Below are positions 7,422-15,663 of a stretch of 64,000 nucleotides of DNA, one piece after another (the stretch's first letter is position 1; the number at the start of each line of letters is the position of its first letter). A program made the translations under genes and the position numbers. The notes under the pieces are model-generated. The model was not told the DNA's origin. It made no database searches and saw only the letters and a program-made list of their open reading frames with translations. This DNA is from an uncultured Candidatus Peribacteria bacterium (GTDB lineage Bacteria; Patescibacteriota; Gracilibacteria; Peribacterales; Peribacteraceae): contig CAZVOK010000001.1 of NCBI GenBank assembly GCA_964628805.1, positions 44,504 through 108,503 on the forward strand. Direction: 5' to 3'.

Positions 7422-8129
7422 ATGAGTAGAGAAATATTAGAAGAATATGGTGTAGATGAAGAGGCGTGGGAAAATGGATCTATTCCTGTAGATCCAATAT
7501 TGTATGCTGAAATACTATCAGTTAAACAAGAATTACTAGCAGTTATGGCGACAGCTCAACGAGGTATCGCTTCTCTGAGAAAGAAAAGAAATAAGAATAG
7601 AGTGGAGAAAATATGTAAATATCTCACAGGAAGATATAGGTTAGATCAATTAACAGGTACAAATTTTAGAACCATACACAAAATAATAGATTCATTGGCT
7701 ACATATTCAGATGATCCTGAAGTAGCTCATTTTTTACAGTACATAGATTATGCTCTGGAACATCTTACTGGTATCGAGGGTGAAGTTGGGCGTGGAGAAT
7801 CTTTGATGTATGCGCATGATCCTGATAATGACTGGCTAACGCTCCCTAAAGAATTGAGTGATGCAACTATAAGAAAAGAAATTTTACATGAGCTTCTTGG
7901 GAATCCTTTTCGGCCTGTCACTTGGCAGCCTGAATGGAGAACTCCTACTGTTATAGCTATCGCTCAAGGCATTTATGATGAACAGGCATTCGATCGTTTG
8001 CCCGTGATGGCAGACGCACTGGAGGATGCAGGCTGTGATTTCCTGCCTCTTCTACAGCATTGCCGTGACCACACTCGATGGCATATGCGTGGATGCTTTG
8101 CGGTAGAGGGCGCTTTAGGTAGAAATTAG
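7422..8129 (+). CDS. Hypothetical protein (AT-rich orphan gene with a conserved-looking C-terminal module)
   Basis: 235-aa ORF. The C-terminus reads LLGNPFRPVTW...IAQGIYDEQAFDRLPVMADALEDAGCD...LLQHCR...HMRGCFAV. The first 480 nt or so are visibly more AT-rich than the neighbouring genes. Confidence 0.6.
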   Translation: MSREILEEYGVDEEAWENGSIPVDPILYAEILSVKQELLAVMATAQRGIASLRKKRNKNRVEKICKYLTGRYRLDQLTGTNFRTIHKIIDSLATYSDDPEVAHFLQYIDYALEHLTGIEGEVGRGESLMYAHDPDNDWLTLPKELSDATIRKEILHELLGNPFRPVTWQPEWRTPTVIAIAQGIYDEQAFDRLPVMADALEDAGCDFLPLLQHCRDHTRWHMRGCFAVEGALGRN

Positions 8130-8164
8130 GCTCTGTTTTCCCTATGGGCAAAATGGCGTTTTTT

Positions 8165-8173
8165 TGCTATAAT
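8165..8173 (+). promoter_or_regulatory. Extended -10 box TGcTATAAT, 8 nt upstream of the glgP ATG (near-leaderless mRNA)
   Basis: Read directly: tgctataat at 8165-8173, ATG at 8182. Confidence 0.5.
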
Positions 8174-8181
8174 ATAAGGAA

Positions 8182-9864
8182 ATGTCCCTATCCACACACA
8201 CCTCCCTCCGCGTCGCTTACTTCACCATGGAGATAGCCCCAAAGGTGGGTATTCCGACTTTTGCAGGAGGTCTGGGTGTGCTTGCCGGGGACATTATGCG
8301 GTCTTGTGCGGACCTTGGAGTGAATGCTGCATGTATGACCATGGCGTGGCAGTTTGGATACCTAAAACAGTCACTGAACTCCGATGGGTCACAGAACTAC
8401 GCCGATGTGACGTGGAACTTTGAGGAGCATCTCACTAAGCTTCCGCATCGCGTCACGGTCATGCTCGAAGGCCGAGAGGTTCATGTGGGTGTGTGGGAAC
8501 TGATGCTCCCAAGCCAGAGCCAGGCGCCAGGGTCACACTCTGTGCCCATTTATTTCTTGGACACAAACCTCCCGGAAAATTCTGCGGAAGACCGCGAGAT
8601 CACCAAGCATCTTTATGGAGGTGATCAATCGATGCGTATTAAACAAGAAGTAGTTTTGGGAATCGGTGGAGTAAGAATGCTCCGCGCATTTGGTTACCAA
8701 GATGTCGGTACATACCACATGAACGAAGGTCACTGCGCGTTCCTCACACTCGAACTTCTGAAAGAGAGGGGATTCAATGATGACGCGGTGAGGCAGAATT
8801 GCGCCTTTACGACGCACACGCCTGTGAAAGCAGGGCACGATGTATTTGATTACGATCACGCGTGGAAGATTGTGGGCGATATGCTGCCCTGGCATATCAA
8901 GAAGATTGCAGGGGAGGATGCGCTTTCTATGACGACCCTCGCTATGACTTTGAGCCGCTACACCTGCGGAGTCTCCAAAGTGCACGGGCAAGTGGCACGC
9001 GAGATGCTTGGGAATCCCAACGTGGACTACATCACCAACGGCGTGCATCACATCGAGTGGACGTCTGACGTAATGGCAGCGCTTTTTGATCTGTACATTC
9101 CAGGTTGGCGTCACGATCCATCACTCCTCACAGATGGATCGAAGCATATTCCGGCTGAGGCCCTGTGGAATGCTCACATGACATCCAAGCAAACACTTCT
9201 GCAGGAGGTGAAAGATCGTACGGGTACGGAGCTAGATCCAAATGTTCTGACCATTGCGAGTGCGCGCCGCGTGGTACCGTACAAGCGTCCGGAGCTCATC
9301 TACACAAACCTCATGCGCCTGAAAGAAGTGGCAGGAGGCAAGCTGCAGATCATCCACGCCGGCAACGCTCATCCGCACGATCCTTTTTCCCAGGAAGTAA
9401 TTCATCGCATGATTCAAAGGTCTGAAGAACTTAAAGATTCCGTGAAGATCGTCTACATGCCGAACTACAATCCTGCGCTTGCCAAGCACTTGGTGGCAGG
9501 AAGCGATATTTGGTTAAACACTCCTATGCGCTTGCATGAGGCCTCCGGAACATCTGGTATGAAGGCATGCTTAAACGGTACCATCAATCTCTCCACGCTC
9601 GATGGTTGGTGGGTGGAAGGCTACGGAATGGATTCTCGCTCCGGCTGGAGAATCGGGCCCTTGGCATCAGCCTTGAACCCTGATGACACTCGCATGATGG
9701 ACGCGGAAGATCTGTACACTCAGCTTCAGTACCAAGTGATCCCGGATTACACCATGCAGGACAAATCCCGCTGGATTGAGCGCATGCGCAGGTCTATTTC
9801 TTTGATGGGATACTTTAATAGTGAGCGGTGTGTGAGGGAATATTGTGAGAAGGCGTGGCGATGA
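8182..9864 (+). CDS. glgP: Alpha-glucan (glycogen/maltodextrin) phosphorylase, GT35 short form
   Basis: YFTMEIA...GGLGVLAGD at the N-terminus, TNGVHHIEW, and the PLP-lysine motif EASGTSGMK. 560 aa. Confidence 0.9.
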   Translation: MSLSTHTSLRVAYFTMEIAPKVGIPTFAGGLGVLAGDIMRSCADLGVNAACMTMAWQFGYLKQSLNSDGSQNYADVTWNFEEHLTKLPHRVTVMLEGREVHVGVWELMLPSQSQAPGSHSVPIYFLDTNLPENSAEDREITKHLYGGDQSMRIKQEVVLGIGGVRMLRAFGYQDVGTYHMNEGHCAFLTLELLKERGFNDDAVRQNCAFTTHTPVKAGHDVFDYDHAWKIVGDMLPWHIKKIAGEDALSMTTLAMTLSRYTCGVSKVHGQVAREMLGNPNVDYITNGVHHIEWTSDVMAALFDLYIPGWRHDPSLLTDGSKHIPAEALWNAHMTSKQTLLQEVKDRTGTELDPNVLTIASARRVVPYKRPELIYTNLMRLKEVAGGKLQIIHAGNAHPHDPFSQEVIHRMIQRSEELKDSVKIVYMPNYNPALAKHLVAGSDIWLNTPMRLHEASGTSGMKACLNGTINLSTLDGWWVEGYGMDSRSGWRIGPLASALNPDDTRMMDAEDLYTQLQYQVIPDYTMQDKSRWIERMRRSISLMGYFNSERCVREYCEKAWR

Positions 9865-9936
9865 GGGATTGGGGGTTAGGGATTAGGGATTGGGAATGGA
9901 AGATTTCCAAAACACAGAGCGCGTTTTCTACGCGCG
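9864..9936. repeat. GGGATT-word arm starting at the glgP stop, followed by a GC-hairpin module
   Basis: gagggattgggggttagggattagggattgggaatgg comes first. Then cagagcgcgttttctacgcgcg, whose 19-mer core is identical to 43565..43587. Confidence 0.7.
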
Positions 9937-10002
9937 TTGCGAAGGTGTAGTAAATCCAATCTTCAGAAGACAAATCCTTTGAATCTACGGTACAGTGATC
10001 AC

Positions 10003-10827
10003 ATGGATGCACCCAAGATCATCGGCATTTTGAATGTCACACCAGACTCTTACTTCGACGGTGGCAAATTCACGTCCATTGATGCTGCGCTGAAACAGAC
10101 GGAACAGATGCTTGCCGATGGTGCAGATATTATCGAAATCGGTGGAGAATCAACAGGTCCCAAGGCGCCGGATGTGTCACTCGAGGAAGAGCTGCGTCGT
10201 ACTATTCCCGTGTTGGAAGTGCTGAAGAAACAATTCCCAAATGCGGAATTCGCTATCGATACCTACAAGTCTGCTGTAGCAAAAGAAGCTTTGGATCAAG
10301 GAGTAATCATGATCAACGATGTCACTGCAGGCAGAGGCGATGCAGCGATGTTCTCTGTGATTGCCGCGCATCCTTCACAGCCGAAACTTGTACTGATGTA
10401 CTCCAAAGATTCCACCGCTCGCACCACCATCGCCGATACACAGTACGATGATGTGATTGCAACCGTGAAAGATTTCTTGAGAGCAAAAAAAGAAGAAGCT
10501 GTGAAAGCAGGAGTGAAAGAGGATCGAATTATTTTGGACCCAGGTCTGGGCCATTTTGTCTCGAGCCTTCCTGAATATTCCTTTGAAATCATTGCGCGGC
10601 TCAAAGAATTTTCCGATCTGGGAAGTCCTCTCTATCTCAGTCCTTCACGCAAATCATTTCTTGCTGGAAAAGAGAATTTGAAAACTGTGGATCGGCTGCC
10701 GGGAACAATTGCTGCATCGGTGATGGTGATGCTCAATGGCGCTTCTTACATTCGCACACATGACGTGTTAGAGATCAGGCGAGCCGTGGAAATAGTGCAA
10801 AGCATGCAAGATCGATTGAAAAGTTAA
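10003..10827 (+). CDS. folP: Dihydropteroate synthase
   Basis: IIGILNVTPDSYFDGGKF, GADIIEIGGESTGP, MINDVTAG and ILDPGLGH. The ORF track starts at 9937, but the ATG at 10003 matches the family N-terminus. Confidence 0.9.
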   Translation: MDAPKIIGILNVTPDSYFDGGKFTSIDAALKQTEQMLADGADIIEIGGESTGPKAPDVSLEEELRRTIPVLEVLKKQFPNAEFAIDTYKSAVAKEALDQGVIMINDVTAGRGDAAMFSVIAAHPSQPKLVLMYSKDSTARTTIADTQYDDVIATVKDFLRAKKEEAVKAGVKEDRIILDPGLGHFVSSLPEYSFEIIARLKEFSDLGSPLYLSPSRKSFLAGKENLKTVDRLPGTIAASVMVMLNGASYIRTHDVLEIRRAVEIVQSMQDRLKS

Positions 10828-10884
10828 GTATACATTCCTATACTTTCTTCGGTTGCTTTTCCGTCACTCTCCAGAGGACAAGAC

Positions 10885-11349
10885 ATGCCGGATACTACCA
10901 ACAGGACGGACCCTTTCCCCTTGAAGGGTTTTGCCGTCGCCGGTGCGTTGACGCTGGTGATCATGGGCAGCATCAGCTATGTGAAGCGGCAGAACGCCAA
11001 AGCTGAGCAGGCTCATCTACTGCAGAGTGTCGAAGTGGTCGCCTACCACAAGTACACACCTCTAGGCCGAGACCCAGTCGAGTGGCCCATCTTCGTCACT
11101 GCGGACAAAACCGCTACTGTCGTCCGCATCGGGTCCCTCGGGTCCCAACCGGAAGCGGCTACCCGGGAGCAAGCCCTCGGTTACTCCGGCTCACTCATGA
11201 GAGAGCTCTCTTCCTGGGCTCAAAGGGAGGGCGTCAAGATTCTCTCTGTAGCCGTAGAAGAGACCTTCACGGAACAGAGCAGGTATCATTCTTATGACTC
11301 CAAGATCCCGCTGATGTTCCAGCTCACGGTGGACCGAGGAAAGAACTAG
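10885..11349 (+). CDS. Hypothetical membrane-anchored protein
   Basis: 154-aa ORF with a single N-terminal TM segment (FAVAGALTLVIMGSISYV). No motif. Confidence 0.5.
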   Translation: MPDTTNRTDPFPLKGFAVAGALTLVIMGSISYVKRQNAKAEQAHLLQSVEVVAYHKYTPLGRDPVEWPIFVTADKTATVVRIGSLGSQPEAATREQALGYSGSLMRELSSWAQREGVKILSVAVEETFTEQSRYHSYDSKIPLMFQLTVDRGKN

Positions 11350-11359
11350 CAACCACAAG

Positions 11360-11384
11360 TCCCCCGCACGTCCAATGCGGGGGA
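11360..11384 (+). terminator. Putative terminator hairpin
   Basis: The hairpin tcccccgca cgtccaa tgcggggga lies 11 nt after the stop. The T-tract (gatctttc) is weak. Confidence 0.4.
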
Positions 11385-11410
11385 GATCTTTCATTGCTCA
11401 AGCATCAAAA

Positions 11411-11447
11411 AATCATTCTCAATTTTCCATTCTCAATTTTCAATTTC
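11411..11447. repeat. Word-repeat arm (TTCTCAATTTTC words); complementary word set at 18233..18303
   Basis: aatcattctcaattttccattctcaattttcaatttc abuts the stop of the 11446..12312 gene. Confidence 0.6.
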
Positions 11448-12312
11448 ACCCCAGTCCTGCCGCAATCACAAAGTTCACAAGTGCGTAGCTGATGAGGATC
11501 ACGGCGAGCCCCGTGAGGGAACGGATGATGAGCGACTTTGACTTGGAAATCTCTTCATCGCGGCCGAAGTCCAGGACCATCATGGTACCGGCGTAGACCA
11601 CTACGATGACAGCGGCGAGTGCCATGAAGCTCAGGACGACGTTCAGTACATTCACAATAATCTGAATAATGGGTGCGGGTGTAGGCGTACCCGTGGCGCC
11701 GATGGCAACGGCCAAGAGTTCTTTTCCAAGGATGAGTACAATGCCTGCAGCCACGGCGTAGATCGCTTTGCGCATGGAAGCGATGCCATCTTCGTTATTC
11801 GCCTGAGCTACAGCTTTCACGGCAGTCGTGATGATCATCACAATGGCCAGCACTGCGGCGAGTGTCAGCACCCAGTTGATGATGCCGAGCACTTGTTCTT
11901 CCACAATAGGCACTCCGATGCTGGGGTTCTGCGCCACTTCTCCGCGCACACCATAAAATGCTGCAATGAACGGCTCTATCAGAAACACGAGGACGATGCC
12001 TCCAATACACGCACCGAAAATCTTCTTCACTTTCTCCAATCCATCATCTTCCTGAGCCGTGATCATGCGGAAGCTTGCGATGGCCAGTACCACGGATGCG
12101 AAAATGAAGATCATCGGACGAATGGCCAGCATGATGGTGTAGGCGATGGCCACAAATCCTCCCGAGGATGGACCGGTAAATCCGCCGAGGCCCGGTAGGG
12201 CTCCTCCTACACTGGAGATCACCGCATCAAATACTCCCTGTCCCAAAGCTACTTCCGGGAGGATTAGCAGAGCGAAGACGCACAAGGCCGATACGGACAA
12301 AGGAAACTTCAT
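11446..12312 (-). CDS. Polytopic membrane protein with a signal peptide and three 2-TM repeats
   Basis: 288 aa with signal peptide MKFPLSVSALCVFALLILPEVALG. Three units of TM - acidic/basic loop (AQEDDGLEKVKK, AQANNEDGIASMRK, FGRDEEISKSKS) - TM follow. Confidence 0.7.
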   Translation of the reverse strand: MKFPLSVSALCVFALLILPEVALGQGVFDAVISSVGGALPGLGGFTGPSSGGFVAIAYTIMLAIRPMIFIFASVVLAIASFRMITAQEDDGLEKVKKIFGACIGGIVLVFLIEPFIAAFYGVRGEVAQNPSIGVPIVEEQVLGIINWVLTLAAVLAIVMIITTAVKAVAQANNEDGIASMRKAIYAVAAGIVLILGKELLAVAIGATGTPTPAPIIQIIVNVLNVVLSFMALAAVIVVVYAGTMMVLDFGRDEEISKSKSLIIRSLTGLAVILISYALVNFVIAAGLG

Positions 12313-13088
12313 GAGAAATAGGTAATCAGCGAAGCGACTATCGAATAAGCAGCAATCACCACAGCGGTAGCGATGACGGTCACGCGGATGACGGTCTTTG
12401 CCGTGTCTTTCAAGGATTCATTGATGGACACCACGAGCATGATTCCGGCGATGACCACGGCAGTGACAGCCATGAGTCCAAAGATCGTCAGCATGAAGTT
12501 TGCAATACCAATCATCTCTTCGTTGATCACTCCTGCTCTGGCACCCGGTACCAGGGCTTCCAGGAGAGGATTGATGAGCAGCATAAGTGCGACACCTATA
12601 AATCCTATCACGAGCTGTTTTCGTGCTTTCTCCGTTTGATCTTCCTGCCCCTGTGATGCGATGAGACGCATGGCCTGGATCACGATGTTGGCAATAAGTG
12701 CCAGTGCCAGGAGCGCCTGGAAGTAAAAAATGACGTGACCCGCTGCAGTAGCTGCTGGTGCGGTCTGCACTATGCGACTCCCATTTCCTGCCTGGAATGT
12801 ACGAACCACCAAGTCTGCCAATCCCACCACCATGCCGCCTGTGATCACATAGTAAAAAGACTTTCGTGCATCAGCCACGGCTGCTTCGTCGTTACTGTAC
12901 AGCACCATGTTCAAGGAACTCGTCAGAAGGATCATCACCGCCAAAGCCACAAAGCCGATTTCCATGGCATCGATGATTTTATCCTGCACATATACCACGA
13001 GCCCCATGGCACCGCCTCCACCCCCCGTGCACGGCACGATGGCACACACGGGACCCAGGTTTGCCTGTATTGCTCCAGCGATATCCAT
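12309..13088 (-). CDS. Polytopic membrane protein, paralog of the downstream gene, three 2-TM repeats
   Basis: 259 aa. The loops SNDEAAVADARK, SQGQEDQTEKARK and SINESLKDTAKT each sit between hydrophobic helices. A 4-nt ATGA overlap joins it to the next gene. Confidence 0.7.
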   Translation of the reverse strand: MDIAGAIQANLGPVCAIVPCTGGGGGAMGLVVYVQDKIIDAMEIGFVALAVMILLTSSLNMVLYSNDEAAVADARKSFYYVITGGMVVGLADLVVRTFQAGNGSRIVQTAPAATAAGHVIFYFQALLALALIANIVIQAMRLIASQGQEDQTEKARKQLVIGFIGVALMLLINPLLEALVPGARAGVINEEMIGIANFMLTIFGLMAVTAVVIAGIMLVVSINESLKDTAKTVIRVTVIATAVVIAAYSIVASLITYFS

Positions 13089-13098
13089 AAATCTCTCT

Positions 13099-13107
13099 AT
13101 TATAGCA
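13099..13107 (-). promoter_or_regulatory. Extended -10 box TGcTATAAT (minus strand), 10 nt upstream of the ATG at 13088
   Basis: The reverse complement of 13089-13110 reads ttcTGcTATAATagagagattt followed by ATG. Confidence 0.5.
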
Positions 13108-13152
13108 GAAAATCTGTGATTCTTGAAGGGGCAAATTGGGCTCTTTTTGGCT

Positions 13153-13237
13153 TTAGGATGAGGGATTGGGGGTTTGGGATTAGGGATTAGATAAAGACAA
13201 AAAACCTAGTCCCCCAATCCCCAATCACAAACCCCTC
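13153..13237. repeat. GGGATT-word hairpin
   Basis: The left arm ttaggatgagggattgggggtttgggattagggattag pairs with the right arm ctagtcccccaatccccaatcacaaacccctc. Confidence 0.8.
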
Positions 13238-13238
13238 G

Positions 13239-13247
13239 TGCTATACT
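13239..13247 (+). promoter_or_regulatory. Extended -10 box TGcTATACT, 6 nt upstream of the ATG at 13254 (leaderless mRNA predicted)
   Basis: Read directly: tgctatact at 13239-13247, cctccc, then ATG. Confidence 0.5.
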
Positions 13248-13253
13248 CCTCCC

Positions 13254-13946
13254 ATGACCACTTATCCCACCTCACAAAGCACCCCCATTACCCTCAATTC
13301 CTCAGTGGAAGGCCAAACATATGCCCTTTTGGCCCTCGCTTTAGGCCTCACGGTCGTAGGCGGATACATCGGCGCCTTGTTTGCTCCTGTCCTGTTTGCC
13401 ACTGGAGCGCAGCTGATTCTGCTCTTACTGCAGCTAGGCCTCATTATTTCCGCTCCCTGGTGGTCCCGCACATCGCCGTTGAATTACCTGATGTTCGTGC
13501 TTTTCCCAATCTTCTCCGGTATTTCCATCACGCCGTACATTCTTTCGGTGGTAGCGGGCTACAGCAACGGAACATCCATCCTCTTCAATGCGCTGGCCTC
13601 TACAGTGTTTATGGCCCTAGGAACGGCCGTATTCGCACGTACCACGTCTTTCCGCTTCTCCAGCATCGGCAGATGGCTGATTTTCGCTGTTTTCGGTCTG
13701 ATTGGCCTCGGAATTCTGCAGATCTTCTTTGCAGGACTGCGCACAGGCCCCATGGAACTCCTTATTTCAGGAGCTGGAATGGCCGTATTTGCCGCATTTT
13801 TTGCTTACGACATTCAGCGTCTGCAGGAACAAGGAAAGCTGGGTGCAAACCCCTTTATGCTCGCTTTAAGCCTGTATCTGGACCTCTTCAATCTCTTCTT
13901 GTACGTCTTGAGGTTTATGACGGCGTTGTCTGGAAATAGAGATTAG
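13254..13946 (+). CDS. Bax inhibitor-1/YccA family membrane protein
   Basis: 230 aa with about 7 TM segments. The C-terminus shows the family signature FAAFFAYDIQRL...LSLYLDLFNLFLYVLRF. Confidence 0.85.
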   Translation: MTTYPTSQSTPITLNSSVEGQTYALLALALGLTVVGGYIGALFAPVLFATGAQLILLLLQLGLIISAPWWSRTSPLNYLMFVLFPIFSGISITPYILSVVAGYSNGTSILFNALASTVFMALGTAVFARTTSFRFSSIGRWLIFAVFGLIGLGILQIFFAGLRTGPMELLISGAGMAVFAAFFAYDIQRLQEQGKLGANPFMLALSLYLDLFNLFLYVLRFMTALSGNRD

Positions 13947-14028
13947 GGGTTTGGGATTGGGGATTAGGACAATGGTGCCTTTTTTATTTTGAAATCCCAA
14001 TCCCTAACCCCCAATCCCCAACCCCTCT
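13941..14028. repeat. GGGATT-word hairpin overlapping the BI-1 stop codon
   Basis: The left arm gattaggggtttgggattggggattagg pairs with the right arm aaatcccaatccctaacccccaatccccaacccctc. Confidence 0.8.
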
Positions 14029-14099
14029 CAAGGGGCAAGAAACCCTTTACTTCCGCCAACCCTCCCAGTAATCTCTGCTCTCGTTCACCCTTATTCCTC

Positions 14100-14285
14100 A
14101 TGTCAAAGCGTCCTACCCCCAAAAAACGAAAGGCCAAAGCTGCCGGACGGAGTCAGTACTCTACGTTCGTCACCAAGGAAATGCGGAGACTCAAAAATCT
14201 GCAGAATTCGCCCTACGGGACGCCTACGGAGTCCAAGAACAAAGCTGATAAGGCTCTGAAGAACATTACACGTATCAAGGCTTAA
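14100..14285 (+). CDS. Hypothetical small basic protein (61 aa)
   Basis: The ATG at 14100 gives MSKRPTPKKRKAKAAGRSQYSTFVTKEMRRLKNL.... The upstream part of the ORF-track entry 13989..14285 lies inside the repeat hairpin. Confidence 0.4.
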   Translation: MSKRPTPKKRKAKAAGRSQYSTFVTKEMRRLKNLQNSPYGTPTESKNKADKALKNITRIKA

Positions 14286-14286
14286 C

Positions 14287-14381
14287 GAGGGTTAGGGATT
14301 GGGGATTTGGGATTAGGAAATCCTCATTATCCGATCTTCGTTTTACAAAAGTCCTAATCCCTAACCCTAATCCCCAATCCC
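14287..14381. repeat. GGGATT-word hairpin ending at the nusB ATG
   Basis: The left arm gagggttagggattggggatttgggattagg pairs with the right arm gtcctaatccctaaccctaatccccaatccc. Confidence 0.8.
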
Positions 14382-14783
14382 ATGGCCCGCAGACGTCATC
14401 TCTCGCGCATCGCCGTCATGCAGGTTCTGTTTGAACGTGAGCAGCATCCTGGGTGCGATCCGGAAAAAGCCCTCAAGCGCGATGGATCGGAACTGGGAGA
14501 AATGGATAGCGACTTCGCTGCCGCTCTTTTGAAGGGTGTGCTGGACAAAGAACAAGAAGTGAAAGACGCCGTGCAGACGCACGCGCCACAGTGGCCCATG
14601 GATCGCATGGATCCTATTTCACGCTGCATCCTGCTGGTAGGCGCCTACGAGCTCCTCTTTGGCAACGACGCACCGTTGGCAGTGGTGATGAACGAGGCGA
14701 TTGATATCGCAAAAGAATACGGCACAGAGGAAAGCGGAAAATTTGTGAATGGGGTGCTGAATGCGATTGCGCATAAAAAATAG
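14382..14783 (+). CDS. nusB: Transcription antitermination factor NusB
   Basis: RRHLSRIAVMQVLFE, AYELLF, and VVMNEAIDIAKEYG...KFVNGVLNAI. 133 aa. Confidence 0.85.
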   Translation: MARRRHLSRIAVMQVLFEREQHPGCDPEKALKRDGSELGEMDSDFAAALLKGVLDKEQEVKDAVQTHAPQWPMDRMDPISRCILLVGAYELLFGNDAPLAVVMNEAIDIAKEYGTEESGKFVNGVLNAIAHKK

Positions 14784-14893
14784 GATTGAACGTTAGGATT
14801 TAAAAGAAATAAAAGATTTAAAGGATTGAAAGGACAGGCTCTTGTTTTTCCTAATCCTTTAAATCTTTTAAATCCTTGCCATCCTTTAAATCT
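14781..14893. repeat. AAGGATT/TAAAGG-word hairpin starting at the nusB TAG; related arm at 62281
   Basis: The left arm taggattgaacgttaggatttaaaagaaataaaagatttaaaggattgaaagg pairs with the right arm cctaatcctttaaatcttttaaatccttgccatcctttaaatc. Confidence 0.75.
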
Positions 14894-14945
14894 AAGACTC
14901 AATAATGTCCTTCCATTTCTCCCGCCATCTTTCTACACTCCCTCC

Positions 14946-15641
14946 ATGTCCCCCCAGCCCGCCTCCTTCACTGTTTTGGAAAAACTCATAGGCGTCAGCT
15001 TCCGCAATAAAGAGCTGCTTCTGCAGGCTCTCACACATCGTTCAGCCGTGAAGGAAGTGAATGCGCACGGGCACAATGAACGCTTGGAATTCCTCGGCGA
15101 TGCGGTGTTGGAGCTGGTGACTACCGAACACTTGTTTCAGATCTCCAATAAATCCGAAGGCGAACTCACCAATTGGCGCTCAGCTCTCGTCCAGGGCGAT
15201 CACCTGGCACAGGTGGCGCAAGAACTGAAGCTTGGCGAATATCTCTTCATGAGCCGCGGCGAAGAGGCCAGCGACGGTCGCAGCAAGACTTCTACACTCG
15301 CCAATGCCCTGGAGGCTCTCATCGGAGCCATGTACCTCGATAGAGGCTACGCAGTTGCTCAAGAGTTTTGTGGCAAGTTCATTTTGAATGATTTGCAGAA
15401 TTTGCTGGCTCAAGGAAAGCACCGCGATGAGAAGAGTCACTTCCAGGAGATGGCCCAGGAGAAAATGGGCATCACCCCGCACTACGAAGTAGTGGAAGAA
15501 GAAGGCCCCGATCACGATAAGAGCTTCACCTGCGCAGTGTTCATCGGTGAAGAAAAAGTGGCGGAGGGGAAGGGGAATAGTAAACAAAGAGCGGAGCAGG
15601 CGGCTGCTAAAGAGGCTTTGAAGGTGAAAGAGTGGAAGTAG
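14946..15641 (+). CDS. rnc: Ribonuclease III
   Basis: LLLQALTHRS, NERLEFLGDAVLELV, and a C-terminal dsRBD (KSHFQEMAQ...GKGNSKQRAEQAAAKEAL). The ATG at 14946 is preceded by TACACT at 6 nt. Confidence 0.9.
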   Translation: MSPQPASFTVLEKLIGVSFRNKELLLQALTHRSAVKEVNAHGHNERLEFLGDAVLELVTTEHLFQISNKSEGELTNWRSALVQGDHLAQVAQELKLGEYLFMSRGEEASDGRSKTSTLANALEALIGAMYLDRGYAVAQEFCGKFILNDLQNLLAQGKHRDEKSHFQEMAQEKMGITPHYEVVEEEGPDHDKSFTCAVFIGEEKVAEGKGNSKQRAEQAAAKEALKVKEWK

Positions 15642-15663
15642 AGTGAATAAAAGTTGTGTTCGG

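Noticed and set aside
13238-13939. 233-aa ORF overlapping the BI-1 gene in another frame on the same strand
   Set aside because: The 13254 frame gives a 7-TM protein with the BI-1 C-terminal signature. The alternative frame is Arg/Pro/His-rich with no features.
5801-14381. Telomere-like (T)TAGGG / GGGATT tandem repeats
   Set aside because: The tracts are short (about 30 nt), internal to a bacterial chromosome, always paired with a complementary C-rich arm nearby, and placed at gene ends. They are hairpin arms, not telomeric arrays. G-quadruplex potential exists but is secondary to the obvious duplex pairing.
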